A stretch of 20,000 bases of DNA from an uncultured virus (IMG/VR IMGVR_UViG_3300036823_000386) (lineage: Duplodnaviria > Heunggongvirae > Uroviricota > Caudoviricetes), in IMG/VR virus record IMGVR_UViG_3300036823_000386; one strand, written 5' to 3'. Shown here in pieces: positions 1 to 7,975 of this stretch. The position numbers and the translations under genes are program-made. Every line of letters starts with the position of its first letter. The stretch's first letter is position 1. Below the pieces are notes generated by a model. It saw only the letters and a program-made list of their open reading frames with translations. It was not told the DNA's origin and did no database searches.

Positions 1-672
1 GAAATAGCCTTGATGATAGGTTTCACCATGGCGCAGGAAGGACCAGAGGAGTTGCAAAGCCCACGTGGCCACGCTTTGGTTGATGAACAGGTCCTGGCGT
101 TCCAATGCTGCGGCGAGGCTGCAACTGGGCGTGGTGTTGTCCTCCTTGACTTTGCCGCGGTTGAGTTCGGGAAAGATTTCGAGGACGGTGCGCGGGCGCG
201 TGTGATCGCCTTTGTTGTGGTACCATTTGGGCGCGCCGAGGATGACCTGGCCGGTACGATCGCGATTGCCTAAATCGAGCCAGTAGTGAAAGTGGTTGCG
301 GCTGATCGCGCGGCGGCTGGTGATGGTATCCACGCAGCCGATGACGATGTGCGGCTGCAAAGTTCCGCCGTCCGACATCCTGGGCACGGCTGTCCAGCCG
401 AGACCATAGTAACAATTCAGCCGATGAATCAGGACGGAAGCTTTGTTTTGTCCGATGTCCGAAGGGCTGAAAAGCTGGCGGCCGACATTGGCTTCGGAAA
501 CAGAATCGCCATCAAACGCGATGACTTTGAGGCCGGGATGGCCGAGGGATTGAAGGGCGATGTGCATGCGGGCAAGGCCATTTAGCATTTGCGAGCCGTT
601 GCCTCCGCAACCGACCAAGTCAATGCTCACCTGCGCGCCGACCAAATCTTTGTGGAGTTTATGAGGAATCAT
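1..672 (-). CDS. PRTRC system ThiF-family (E1-like) protein, 3' end truncated by the window edge
   Basis: Not in the ORF track; translated by hand from ATG at 672, which overlaps the upstream TGA (ATGA). MIPHKLH...IDLVGCGGNGSQ...FDGDSVSEANVGRQLF...GCVD...YWLDLGN...GQVILG...TPSCSLAAALERQDLFINQ shows the GxGGxG nucleotide-binding loop, NxxRQ and the PSCS..AL..Q.LF.N signature. Confidence 0.93.
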   Translation of the reverse strand, partial: MIPHKLHKDLVGAQVSIDLVGCGGNGSQMLNGLARMHIALQSLGHPGLKVIAFDGDSVSEANVGRQLFSPSDIGQNKASVLIHRLNCYYGLGWTAVPRMSDGGTLQPHIVIGCVDTITSRRAISRNHFHYWLDLGNRDRTGQVILGAPKWYHNKGDHTRPRTVLEIFPELNRGKVKEDNTTPSCSLAAALERQDLFINQSVATWALQLLWSFLRHGETYHQGYF

Positions 673-1406
673 AGATTGGTTTGATGCTTGAGCCATGAAC
701 CGAGCTTGGTGCTGTTGTAGGGCTGGAGATATTTGCGCGGGAAAACTTTCGCGGTCTGCATTTCACGCCAAAGACCGAGGTGTGAATCAGGATGGCGGGT
801 GAGTTTGTGGCCGTAGTTGGAATGGGAAAAGGCGGAGTCGAAAAATCCGGCTTCGAATTTTTCGATGAGCGACGGTGTGGCAATGTCCGGAAAGTGGGCG
901 GACCCTTTGCAGAGCGAGCCGTTGGCATCGCAATTATAATAGGGAGCCACGTAAAGCGGAGTGTCAGCGACAGGACGTTTGTTTTCTGCGAGCGCAAAGA
1001 CGCGGAGGCCGCGGTTTGCCGCGAAAAAGAGTGGCGGATGCATGACGAATCGTCCGTTGAGTTTGCGCAATCCTTCGTTGACGTCCTTATCGCTCCCCGA
1101 TGGCTTGAACCAGATGCGGCGGCGGCGCGCCGGGCACCACCACGTCATCTGCGAAAGGCTAATGCTCAGGATGCGCTCGGGGAGAAGATGGTTCTCGAGC
1201 TTTCGACCGAGGGATTCGGCCAGTGCTTCCACACCGGCAACGGTGACCGGCTGGCCAGCTTTGAGAACGGGCCGCCCATGCACAAGATCCACTTCATGGA
1301 TAGAAGCGGCGGCGGCGCTGGAAGAACCCTGCTCCTCGTAAATGAGAACGGCGTGGGCAAGGTGAAAGTTGCGCTCGGCATTTCCGAATTTGGCTTCAAC
1401 GCGCAT
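669..1406 (-). CDS. PRTRC system protein B (prokaryotic E2 family D-like)
   Basis: Motifs WWCPARRRRIWF, PPLFF, VFAL..NKRP..TPLYVAPYYN...GSLCKGS, FFDSAFSH; lies between protein F and ThiF. Confidence 0.9.
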   Translation of the reverse strand: MRVEAKFGNAERNFHLAHAVLIYEEQGSSSAAAASIHEVDLVHGRPVLKAGQPVTVAGVEALAESLGRKLENHLLPERILSISLSQMTWWCPARRRRIWFKPSGSDKDVNEGLRKLNGRFVMHPPLFFAANRGLRVFALAENKRPVADTPLYVAPYYNCDANGSLCKGSAHFPDIATPSLIEKFEAGFFDSAFSHSNYGHKLTRHPDSHLGLWREMQTAKVFPRKYLQPYNSTKLGSWLKHQTNL

Positions 1407-2535
1407 AGTTGTCCTTTCCGATCAATTTGATGAGATTTTCAGTGAGTTGCATGATGTGGAGATAATTGCGGAGGCGAACGACGGCGCGTTCGATGGATGG
1501 TTTGTCCCACCAGGCGAATGCGGCGTTGATTTCCATGGACGATTCGCCGGCTTCAAACATTGGGTTTATGACGTCGTCCCAGATTTGACACATGGGATCG
1601 CCCCCGCCCTGATTGTCGTATTTGTTCCAGTTCAAAAGGAACGGGCAAACTTCCCATTCCAAATGTTCAAAGCGATCGAAGTCGGATGAAAGCTTCCATG
1701 ACTTGGAGCGGCGGCTTAGGGTTTCAAGTCCTTTCATCAGCGCGCGTGTGGCAATGACGATATTTTTGTGGCGCGGGTGCTTGATGCGCTGGGCGAGAAG
1801 CGCACGGTAGGAAAATGGTTTGATAGCACCGCTCCCAGCCCAGCCGGGAATGGCTTTATCAAACTCCGCCTTTGTGTAAATGTTATAGTCTTTACGTATG
1901 TCGGCATCGCTGGTTCCAGGCGGATAGTTACCACGGATCTCGTCCATAAAATCGGACTCGTCCATTTCTCCGCGCCAATAGGCAGATTGACACCAGCCAT
2001 AAGCGCTACGCGGTGTCATGCCCCGGCAGGAATTGTGGAGACCTTCGTCGAGGGTACTAAGAACCGTTTGACCGAGCCGGGGCAGCGCAGCTTCCAATTC
2101 GCGTAGTGTAGGGCCGATGAGTTTGATGTAGGTTGACTCCATGTCGAGAGTCAGAAAAATGACGCCGACATTCTCCGGTGCATTGTTTTTCCGATAATCG
2201 AAATCATGGAATGACCCGAGTTCAGAGGCATCGTCGGTAAAATGCAGTTTGAGTTTGACGAGCGGATCCGGACGCGCGGTATCGCAAAGTTCGGCGAGCG
2301 CGCGGGCGCAAGAATTCCCAATGTGGCCGGTCCAGTGGCGGTCCTGCAGGACGTTTGCATCCGCTAGCCCTTCGGCAAACTGGGCGAGGCTTTGTTTGCT
2401 GCCTTCAACTTTGAAGCTGGGCAAGCAGGCAGAAAGGTCCGGGAGGGCTAAAGCGGTGGCGCAAGGAGCGATGACGGCATGGCGAAACGGAATCCGTGAG
2501 TCGTCCGGGCGAGTTTGTGTAGAGCTTTGCTGCAT
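1396..2535 (-). CDS. PRTRC system protein F (alpha-helical component)
   Basis: LALPDL near the N-terminus, IGPTLRELEAALPRLGQTVL, TP...YWRGEMDE; lies between proteins C and B and overlaps the B start. Confidence 0.8.
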   Translation of the reverse strand: MQQSSTQTRPDDSRIPFRHAVIAPCATALALPDLSACLPSFKVEGSKQSLAQFAEGLADANVLQDRHWTGHIGNSCARALAELCDTARPDPLVKLKLHFTDDASELGSFHDFDYRKNNAPENVGVIFLTLDMESTYIKLIGPTLRELEAALPRLGQTVLSTLDEGLHNSCRGMTPRSAYGWCQSAYWRGEMDESDFMDEIRGNYPPGTSDADIRKDYNIYTKAEFDKAIPGWAGSGAIKPFSYRALLAQRIKHPRHKNIVIATRALMKGLETLSRRSKSWKLSSDFDRFEHLEWEVCPFLLNWNKYDNQGGGDPMCQIWDDVINPMFEAGESSMEINAAFAWWDKPSIERAVVRLRNYLHIMQLTENLIKLIGKDNYAR

Positions 2536-2699
2536 ACCGTGAATTTCGGATTGTTGATGGGAAGGGGAGGAATGGTTTCTCCGCCTTGCTCCTGGGCGGC
2601 GATGGCAATTTTCTCGTGAAGGGAAAGCGCGGGTGATTTGACTCGCGCGCGACCGGAGGTTTTCCGGCGCGCGCGCGGCGACGATTTACGGCGCGGCAT
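2448..2699 (-). CDS. small basic hypothetical protein between PRTRC C and F
   Basis: ATG 2 nt after the protein C stop; fills the intergenic gap but overlaps F by 88 nt. Confidence 0.4.
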   Translation of the reverse strand: MPRRKSSPRARRKTSGRARVKSPALSLHEKIAIAAQEQGGETIPPLPINNPKFTVCSKALHKLARTTHGFRFAMPSSLLAPPL

Positions 2700-2701
2700 G
2701 A

Positions 2702-2911
2702 TTATCCCTTGGTGCCGGCGGAGACGATGAAGGTGTAAGTCTGGACATTTCCTTTCATCACCGGTCCGTCAATCGCGGCGGTGGCGAGTTCGGGGTGGTC
2801 GGTGCTTAGGATGTCGCGGGCTTGCTCGACGCTGATGACCGGGTTGGGGTCCGCGAGTTCAGTTCCTTTATAAACGAATTTCCGAGCGATGTTGGAGGCT
2901 TCGAGGGGCAT
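2702..2911 (-). CDS. PRTRC system protein C (prokaryotic ubiquitin-like)
   Basis: 69 aa; RKFVY..L.DPNP..S.EQ.RD....HPELATA.I.GP and C-terminal GTKG ending in Gly. Confidence 0.92.
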   Translation of the reverse strand: MPLEASNIARKFVYKGTELADPNPVISVEQARDILSTDHPELATAAIDGPVMKGNVQTYTFIVSAGTKG

Positions 2912-2949
2912 AGATTATTTTTCTTATTGGGTTGTGGTTTGAAAATGGA

Positions 2950-3447
2950 TTAGATGCCGAGGTCGCTGGTGGCTGCTTCGGCTGATTTATCTTTGGGAGC
3001 AGGTTTTGGCTGTTCCTTTTTCTCTGCGGGTTCGTCCTCGCCTTCGCCTTCGCCTTCGCCTTCGCCTTCGCCTTCGCCTTCGCCTTCAGCGGATGCATCG
3101 GACGCGGCGGCGGTGGTCGCGGCGGCTTTAGGCTTGGATTTAGGGGCGAGCTTGGAGGTCTTGGCGTGCTGGTGCGCGGCCTCGACGTCGGCGATGGTGT
3201 TGCGCAGGCCGACGGTGGACACCTGGAAGCGTTCGAGCGTGGCGGCGAATTCCGGGGAATCCAATTCCTCGACCGTGCCGACCATGGTGAGCGGCTGGCT
3301 CAGGGCTTTGCGATCTTCACCGTGCTGGCCGTCCATGGTGAACAGCTTGGGGGTGACGTTCACGCGGAACTGGGTTTCGTTTTCGCGCGTGATGTGGAGG
3401 ACGAGGGTATCGCCCTTTTTCAATATTGGAGTGAGTTCTTTGAACAT
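2950..3447 (-). CDS. PRTRC system protein E
   Basis: MFKELTPIL...V.VTPK...ALSQPLTMVGTVEELD..F, then a low-complexity Ala/Lys/Glu tail; first gene of the cassette. Confidence 0.87.
   Translation of the reverse strand: MFKELTPILKKGDTLVLHITRENETQFRVNVTPKLFTMDGQHGEDRKALSQPLTMVGTVEELDSPEFAATLERFQVSTVGLRNTIADVEAAHQHAKTSKLAPKSKPKAAATTAAASDASAEGEGEGEGEGEGEGEGEDEPAEKKEQPKPAPKDKSAEAATSDLGI
3037..3087. repeat. hexanucleotide microsatellite (TTCGCC) x~8 encoding a Gly-Glu tract
   Basis: Read directly from the sequence; in frame within protein E. Confidence 0.95.
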
Positions 3448-3473
3448 GATTTATTGGCGGTTAGGGAATTGAG

Positions 3474-4634
3474 TTATTTGCTTTCAGATTTTTTTTCGGC
3501 GGGTTTCTCTTCCGACTTTTTGCTGGGCGGGGTGATGGCGGCGGTGAGGGAAAGCCATTGACGGCTGGCGACTTTGATGACGGCGGGCTTGAATTCTCCG
3601 ATGCAATAGAGGCGCACTTCATCGTCATCCACGGCCGATAGCGCCTCGATCAGAAAGGGGAGATTGAAATTGACGGTGAGCGATTTGGTTTCGGGAATGA
3701 GCAAGGATTCGACGGCTTCACCGGGAATGTCTTTCCCGCGCCCGCGGACGGTGAGATTTTGTTTTTCGAATTCGAGGGTGCAAAGGTCCGTCACGAAGTT
3801 GACGCGCTGGAGCGTGCTTAACAGCAGGTGGCGATTGATGGGGATGCCCTCGCCCAGTTCCTTGGGGATGATGTTTTCGTAAGGCGGATATTTGCCTTCC
3901 ATGAGTTTGCTGCTCAAGAGGGTTTCGCCGATTTGAAAGTGCGCGGCGTTTTTGCCGATGCCGGCGGTGACGGTAAGAGCGGTTTCATTTTCCCCCGGTT
4001 TTTTGGTGGAGAGCAGGCGAAGCAATTCCTTGACGGCCTTTTGCGGGAGAATGAAATCGGCTTTTGCGCCGGCGACCCCCTCGGGCAACGGAACGGACTC
4101 GACGGCGAGGCGTTTGCCATCGCACGCGGCGACGGTGAGGCTGCCGTTGAGCCGCACGAGAGAACCCTGGAGCATGGCGCGCGCTTCATCCGCGCCCTGG
4201 CAGTAAGCGGTGGCGAGCAAGAGGCTGTGGAAGATGTGCTGGGTGAGTTGGAATTCGCGCGAATCATCGAGCTTGGGTACCGGCGGCATGTCCTTGGCGG
4301 GCATGGAACCGAGTTTGTAGCGCGACTGGCCGCACTCGATTTTCAAATCGTGCGTGAGTTCAATCAGTTCGACGGGTTGATCGCCGCTGAAGCTGTTGAC
4401 GAGGTTGTAGAGCATGGCGGCGTTGACGGTGCAGGAGCCGGTTTCCTCAACGTCCACGGGGATGCGTGTGCTGATGGAGATGTCGTTATCCGTGGCGCGC
4501 AGTTCCAGGCTTTTGCCCTGGGCGCGCAAACAGACGTTGGCAAGGATGGGCAGCGAACCATTTTTGGTGGTGGCGCTGCGGACGATGTTCAGGGCTTTGG
4601 TCAGCTCCTGACGCGGGAGACTTATTTTCATCAT
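3474..4634 (-). CDS. dnaN: DNA polymerase III beta subunit (sliding clamp), element-borne copy
   Basis: LPILANV, LELRATDNDISI, MLQG, AACDGKRLA, ILPQKAVKEL, SKLMEGKYPPYENIIP, FNLPFLIEAL. Start probably 4634 or 4631. No dnaA/recF/gyrB neighbours. Confidence 0.93.
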   Translation of the reverse strand: MMKISLPRQELTKALNIVRSATTKNGSLPILANVCLRAQGKSLELRATDNDISISTRIPVDVEETGSCTVNAAMLYNLVNSFSGDQPVELIELTHDLKIECGQSRYKLGSMPAKDMPPVPKLDDSREFQLTQHIFHSLLLATAYCQGADEARAMLQGSLVRLNGSLTVAACDGKRLAVESVPLPEGVAGAKADFILPQKAVKELLRLLSTKKPGENETALTVTAGIGKNAAHFQIGETLLSSKLMEGKYPPYENIIPKELGEGIPINRHLLLSTLQRVNFVTDLCTLEFEKQNLTVRGRGKDIPGEAVESLLIPETKSLTVNFNLPFLIEALSAVDDDEVRLYCIGEFKPAVIKVASRQWLSLTAAITPPSKKSEEKPAEKKSESK

Positions 4635-4805
4635 ATGCGGATTGCGGTTGGGGTGGGAGATTTCCGCCACACGGCGAAAAGTTTTGGGCTAGACGGGTAC
4701 TGAAAAGAAAGAAAACGGGGTTAGCGCGGCGCGCTGGACGTGTGTCCATCGGGTGTCTATAAAACACACGACGAACACACAAGGCAAGCTTTATTTCTAG
4801 AAATC

Positions 4806-4835
4806 AAAAAGGCCCGCACGAACGGCGTGCGGGCC
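4806..4835 (-). terminator. intrinsic terminator
   Basis: Perfect 10-bp stem GGCCCGCACG/CGTGCGGGCC followed by T5 on the minus strand. Confidence 0.8.
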
Positions 4836-4861
4836 GGAGGCAGTTACTGGAAGAGTGTCAG

Positions 4862-4882
4862 TGCGGAATGCGGAGTGCGGAA
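4862..4882. repeat. TGCGGAR heptamer x3
   Basis: tgcggaa tgcggag tgcggaa; the same unit occurs at 6011-6024 and 10859-10886. Confidence 0.8.
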
Positions 4883-5158
4883 TTATGCGCGGGAAAACCA
4901 GATTACACCGTCGCCTTTAGTTTCGGCAATGAACCCAGGAACGTAATCAGGTTTTTGCATTTCGTGATCCGGGAACCGCTGTTCGAATTTTTTGATTGCT
5001 GCCTTGAGCAAGGAAATTTTTTGCCGTGGAGTTAGCAACCGTTTTTCATCCATCACGCGGATGTTAAAGGTATCGCCCTTAAATTGCCCCCAATCTTCCA
5101 GGAGATAATTTACTTTAATGTAGGCGGCTCCCGTGGTTATTGCTTTTGGTTTTGCCAT
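4883..5158 (-). CDS. hypothetical protein (91 aa)
   Basis: ATG 11 nt after the upstream stop, co-oriented with its neighbours, followed by a terminator. Confidence 0.65.
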   Translation of the reverse strand: MAKPKAITTGAAYIKVNYLLEDWGQFKGDTFNIRVMDEKRLLTPRQKISLLKAAIKKFEQRFPDHEMQKPDYVPGFIAETKGDGVIWFSRA

Positions 5159-5169
5159 AATCGTTTTTT

Positions 5170-5382
5170 TTAATTGCGGCCGTCGTGGGAGATGTGCCAA
5201 TCAGTCACGGACTGACGGGCTTCTTCGAGTTCGCGGCGGGTGCGTTGGAGGGATTCGTGATCGGGTTCACCGCTGCCTTCGCCACGTTTGATGATTTGTT
5301 CAAGCTGGCGTTCGAGTTGGACGACGTTCTGCCGCAGTTGGGCGATGGATGGCGCATCAGACATGCGGCAGAACATAATCAT
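5170..5382 (-). CDS. small coiled-coil hypothetical protein
   Basis: ATG abuts the ATPase stop (alternative start 5364); heptad-like IAQLRQNVVQLERQLEQII. Confidence 0.6.
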   Translation of the reverse strand: MIMFCRMSDAPSIAQLRQNVVQLERQLEQIIKRGEGSGEPDHESLQRTRRELEEARQSVTDWHISHDGRN

Positions 5383-6003
5383 TTAAGCGGCGGCCTGCAA
5401 GGCGCTTTCGGCATCAATGAGCGCGGCACGCACATTGCCGGCGGCGCCAAAGGCGATGTGGGTGATGGTGCGCTCGTCGGTTAAAAACTTGCGCAGCAGG
5501 CCTTGGACTTCGTGTTCCAGCGGGGGAGCCATTTCATAAATTTTGAAGCGGGTTTGAAAACGCTTTTTGAATTCGTCCACCTTGCAGTTGCTGGTGCAGA
5601 TGACGGCGGCGCCATCGGGCAGATCGTCGAGCAGGGTGAGGAACCGAACCTGGGCCACGGCGGGAATCATGTCGGCTTCCTCGATCCAAATGATGCGGTA
5701 TGCGCCGTAGATATCGCAATAGTGCAAGTCGCGGGCGATTTCTTCCACGGTCTCGAGTTTGATTTGAGTGCCGTTATATTTTTTGTAGGACCATTTATCG
5801 GAAGGGTTCGCGCCGAGCAGGGTGATCAAATAGCGCGACACGGCACTTTTGCCGATGCCGGGCTCGCCATTGAACAGGACTTTGATGGGCGCGTTGGCGT
5901 GGGCTTTGGCATCGGTGGCGACGCGGCCGAGTTGCAGGGAAACAGTTTTGGCATCGCCGATGAAATCGGCGGGCGACTTGGGGATATATCGGGTGGGAAG
6001 CAT
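5383..6003 (-). CDS. AAA+ ATPase of the clamp-loader clade (RFC small subunit/DnaX/RarA-like), short form
   Basis: RYIPKSPADFIG (RFC-box-like), Walker A GEPGIGKS, Walker B IIWIEEAD, CTSN sensor 1, QTRF (SRC-like arginine finger), GNVRAAL sensor 2. Confidence 0.82.
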   Translation of the reverse strand: MLPTRYIPKSPADFIGDAKTVSLQLGRVATDAKAHANAPIKVLFNGEPGIGKSAVSRYLITLLGANPSDKWSYKKYNGTQIKLETVEEIARDLHYCDIYGAYRIIWIEEADMIPAVAQVRFLTLLDDLPDGAAVICTSNCKVDEFKKRFQTRFKIYEMAPPLEHEVQGLLRKFLTDERTITHIAFGAAGNVRAALIDAESALQAAA

Positions 6004-6030
6004 AATTCAATGCGGAGTGTGGAATTAAAA

Positions 6031-6858
6031 TCAGGCGGCGACGGCTACGCGAGTGGCGAGCCAGTCTTTTACAGTTTTGGAGTTGATGATTTTGGCGACG
6101 TTGCCGGATTGCCATTTGCCGGTGTTGAAGCGGGTTTCGCCTTTGTATTTGATGATGTCGCCCCGGCCATGTTTGGTGGGGACGTTGTGGGCATTGAGGT
6201 TTTTCGCGATGCTGTGATAGCCCCAGCCGGCGTTGCGAAGCTGGACCATGTAGAGGATCCATTTTTGCTCTTCGAGATTGTCCACGAGCTTGCGGATGTT
6301 GACGGTGTGTTTGCCTTTGGGGCGAGCTTCGCCGGTTTCGACGGCGTCCCAGCCATACGGCACAGTGCCGCACAGTTCGCCTTTGGAGCGTTTTTCCTCG
6401 AAGCCGGCGGCGATGCGTTCGTGGATGCGGGCGAGTTCAAGCTGGGCAAAAATGGCGGCGATCTGAAGGAAGGCCATGCCCATGGGCGTGGTGGTATCGC
6501 AACCGATATCGAGGAACACCATGCGGACCTTGAGCGAGTGAAACAGCTTCACGGTTTGGGAAACGTCAATGGTATCGCGACCGAGCCGGTCCACCTTCGG
6601 GATGATCATGGTGACCGAACGATTGGCGGCGAGCGCTTCGTGAGCGACGGCGACGAGACGCTTGCCTTCCTTGCGTTCGGCAAAGACGGAAGCGCCGCTG
6701 GCGTTCGCTTCCGCGAAGATGATGGGTTCGGGCAACTGATACGCGGTGCTGTACCGGCGGATGGTTTCGCTTTGGGCGTCCACCGAAAGTTCCTGACGAT
6801 CGGTGGACACGCGGATATAGCCCAGGCAAATGGCGGCGGGCGGAGAATTAGTTGTCAT
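6031..6858 (-). CDS. serine recombinase (resolvase catalytic domain plus recombinase DNA-binding domain)
   Basis: GYIRVSTDRQ catalytic Ser motif, DRLGR, FAQLE..I.ER, PYGW, IAKNLN...PT...W...V.KI. Start probably ATG 6858. Confidence 0.92.
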   Translation of the reverse strand: MTTNSPPAAICLGYIRVSTDRQELSVDAQSETIRRYSTAYQLPEPIIFAEANASGASVFAERKEGKRLVAVAHEALAANRSVTMIIPKVDRLGRDTIDVSQTVKLFHSLKVRMVFLDIGCDTTTPMGMAFLQIAAIFAQLELARIHERIAAGFEEKRSKGELCGTVPYGWDAVETGEARPKGKHTVNIRKLVDNLEEQKWILYMVQLRNAGWGYHSIAKNLNAHNVPTKHGRGDIIKYKGETRFNTGKWQSGNVAKIINSKTVKDWLATRVAVAA

Positions 6859-6884
6859 ACAATGAAGGATTGAACTGCGCAGAG

Positions 6885-6916
6885 TCGTGAGGGCACGACG
6901 GCCCATTGGGGGACCG
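6885..6916. repeat. 32-bp direct repeat, copy 1
   Basis: TCGTGAGGGCACGACGGCCCATTGGGGGACCG; 31/32 identical to 7907-7938. Confidence 0.95.
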
Positions 6917-6921
6917 ATTGG

Positions 6922-7377
6922 CTATGCGTTGCGGAGGAAACGGGTGCGCCAGGCGGGTAGTTGGCCGGGTGCAGGCGGATTGATGGGAATGGATTTGGCG
7001 ACCTGGCTGGCGGGTTGTTCGTCGAAATTTACTTTCACGACGTTGGGCACTGGCGCTGGCCCGGGTGGATTGCCGGAGATGAGTTGTTCGGCGAATTTGC
7101 GGGTGACGTCGTTGCGGCGGGCATACCAATATTTTAATTTGCGATGCCAATGCCATTGGTGCGCGGCGGGAAGTTCGGCGGTGCGATGGAAGGCGGCGAG
7201 GGTGGGTTCATCGGGCCGCGTGGGGAAACGCAGTTCGAGGCCGTCCTTGGCGTTGTTCTCGGTGAGCGTAGGAGAGTGCGAGATGACGGGCGGCCGTGGA
7301 ATATCGCCCTTGGGCAATGGCTGAGGGCGTTGGGGTTTGACGGGCGCGTTGGGGCGCAGAGGATTGAAGCGTGGCAT
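6922..7377 (-). CDS. hypothetical protein with a GLELRF..RP...W.W....WYA motif
   Basis: Co-oriented, 8 nt after the radC stop. The aromatic core resembles a small domain I recall from plasmid/ICE proteins (DUF3560-like C-termini; tentative). Confidence 0.7.
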   Translation of the reverse strand: MPRFNPLRPNAPVKPQRPQPLPKGDIPRPPVISHSPTLTENNAKDGLELRFPTRPDEPTLAAFHRTAELPAAHQWHWHRKLKYWYARRNDVTRKFAEQLISGNPPGPAPVPNVVKVNFDEQPASQVAKSIPINPPAPGQLPAWRTRFLRNA

Positions 7378-7385
7378 GATTTTAT

Positions 7386-7904
7386 TTATTTGGTTGAGGG
7401 GGAAATGTAACCGAGTTCGCGAAGGGAACAGTGGCGGCCGGCGCCGATGATGATGTGGTCTTCGACTTCGATTTTAAGCAGTTGACCGGCGCGCACCATG
7501 TCCCGGGTGACTTTGATATCTCCTTCCGACGGACCTGGATCGCCACTGGGATGATTGTGGCAGAGAATAATGGCGGCAGCGCTGGTCATGATGGCGACGC
7601 GAAAGACTTCGCGCGCGTGGACGAGCAAGGTGTCCATGGTTCCCGTAGCGACGAGGTAATGGCCTTTGATGCGGCGGCGGGTATTCAAGATCAGGACGAC
7701 GAAACATTCGACTTCAGGATTGTAATTCGGAGCTTGGGTGACGTGCGTCCGCCAGTAGGTGGCGGCAGGCTTTGGATTCTCGCAAAGCAGCAAATCTTCC
7801 GGCGTTGGGCATTCACGCAGAGAGATGACTTTCCATTCGTGGGGTTGCGCGGGGAATTTGTGCGGTGCGACGGATGAAGATTCAAAGGCAAAGCAGGTTT
7901 GCAT
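7386..7904 (-). CDS. radC: RadC-like JAB/MPN domain protein
   Basis: ECFVVLILN, HAREVFR, HNHPSGDPGPSEGD (HxH-x7-S-x2-D), DHIIIG; JAB-only form of the kind carried by mobile elements. Confidence 0.93.
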   Translation of the reverse strand: MQTCFAFESSSVAPHKFPAQPHEWKVISLRECPTPEDLLLCENPKPAATYWRTHVTQAPNYNPEVECFVVLILNTRRRIKGHYLVATGTMDTLLVHAREVFRVAIMTSAAAIILCHNHPSGDPGPSEGDIKVTRDMVRAGQLLKIEVEDHIIIGAGRHCSLRELGYISPSTK

Positions 7905-7906
7905 AA

Positions 7907-7938
7907 TCGTGAGGGCACGACGGCCCATTGGTGGACCG
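7907..7938. repeat. 32-bp direct repeat, copy 2
   Basis: TCGTGAGGGCACGACGGCCCATTGGTGGACCG; ends 2 nt before the radC ATG. Confidence 0.95.
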
Positions 7939-7975
7939 TGCGGAGTTTTTGTTTATCGGCGAAGGAAAGCTGGAA

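Noticed and set aside
3474..4634. Chromosomal oriC/dnaA-dnaN locus
   Set aside because: No dnaA, recF or gyrB lies nearby; the context is entirely mobile-element.
5503..6873. 456-aa plus-strand ORF (also 3828-4703, 7928-8788, 792-1430, 11657-12373)
   Set aside because: These are antisense shadows of well-supported minus-strand genes and carry no recognisable motifs.
6858..7928. MGRRALT N-terminal extensions as the true starts of the recombinase and RadC
   Set aside because: They derive from the 32-bp repeat, and the downstream ATGs give typical domain boundaries; not fully excluded.
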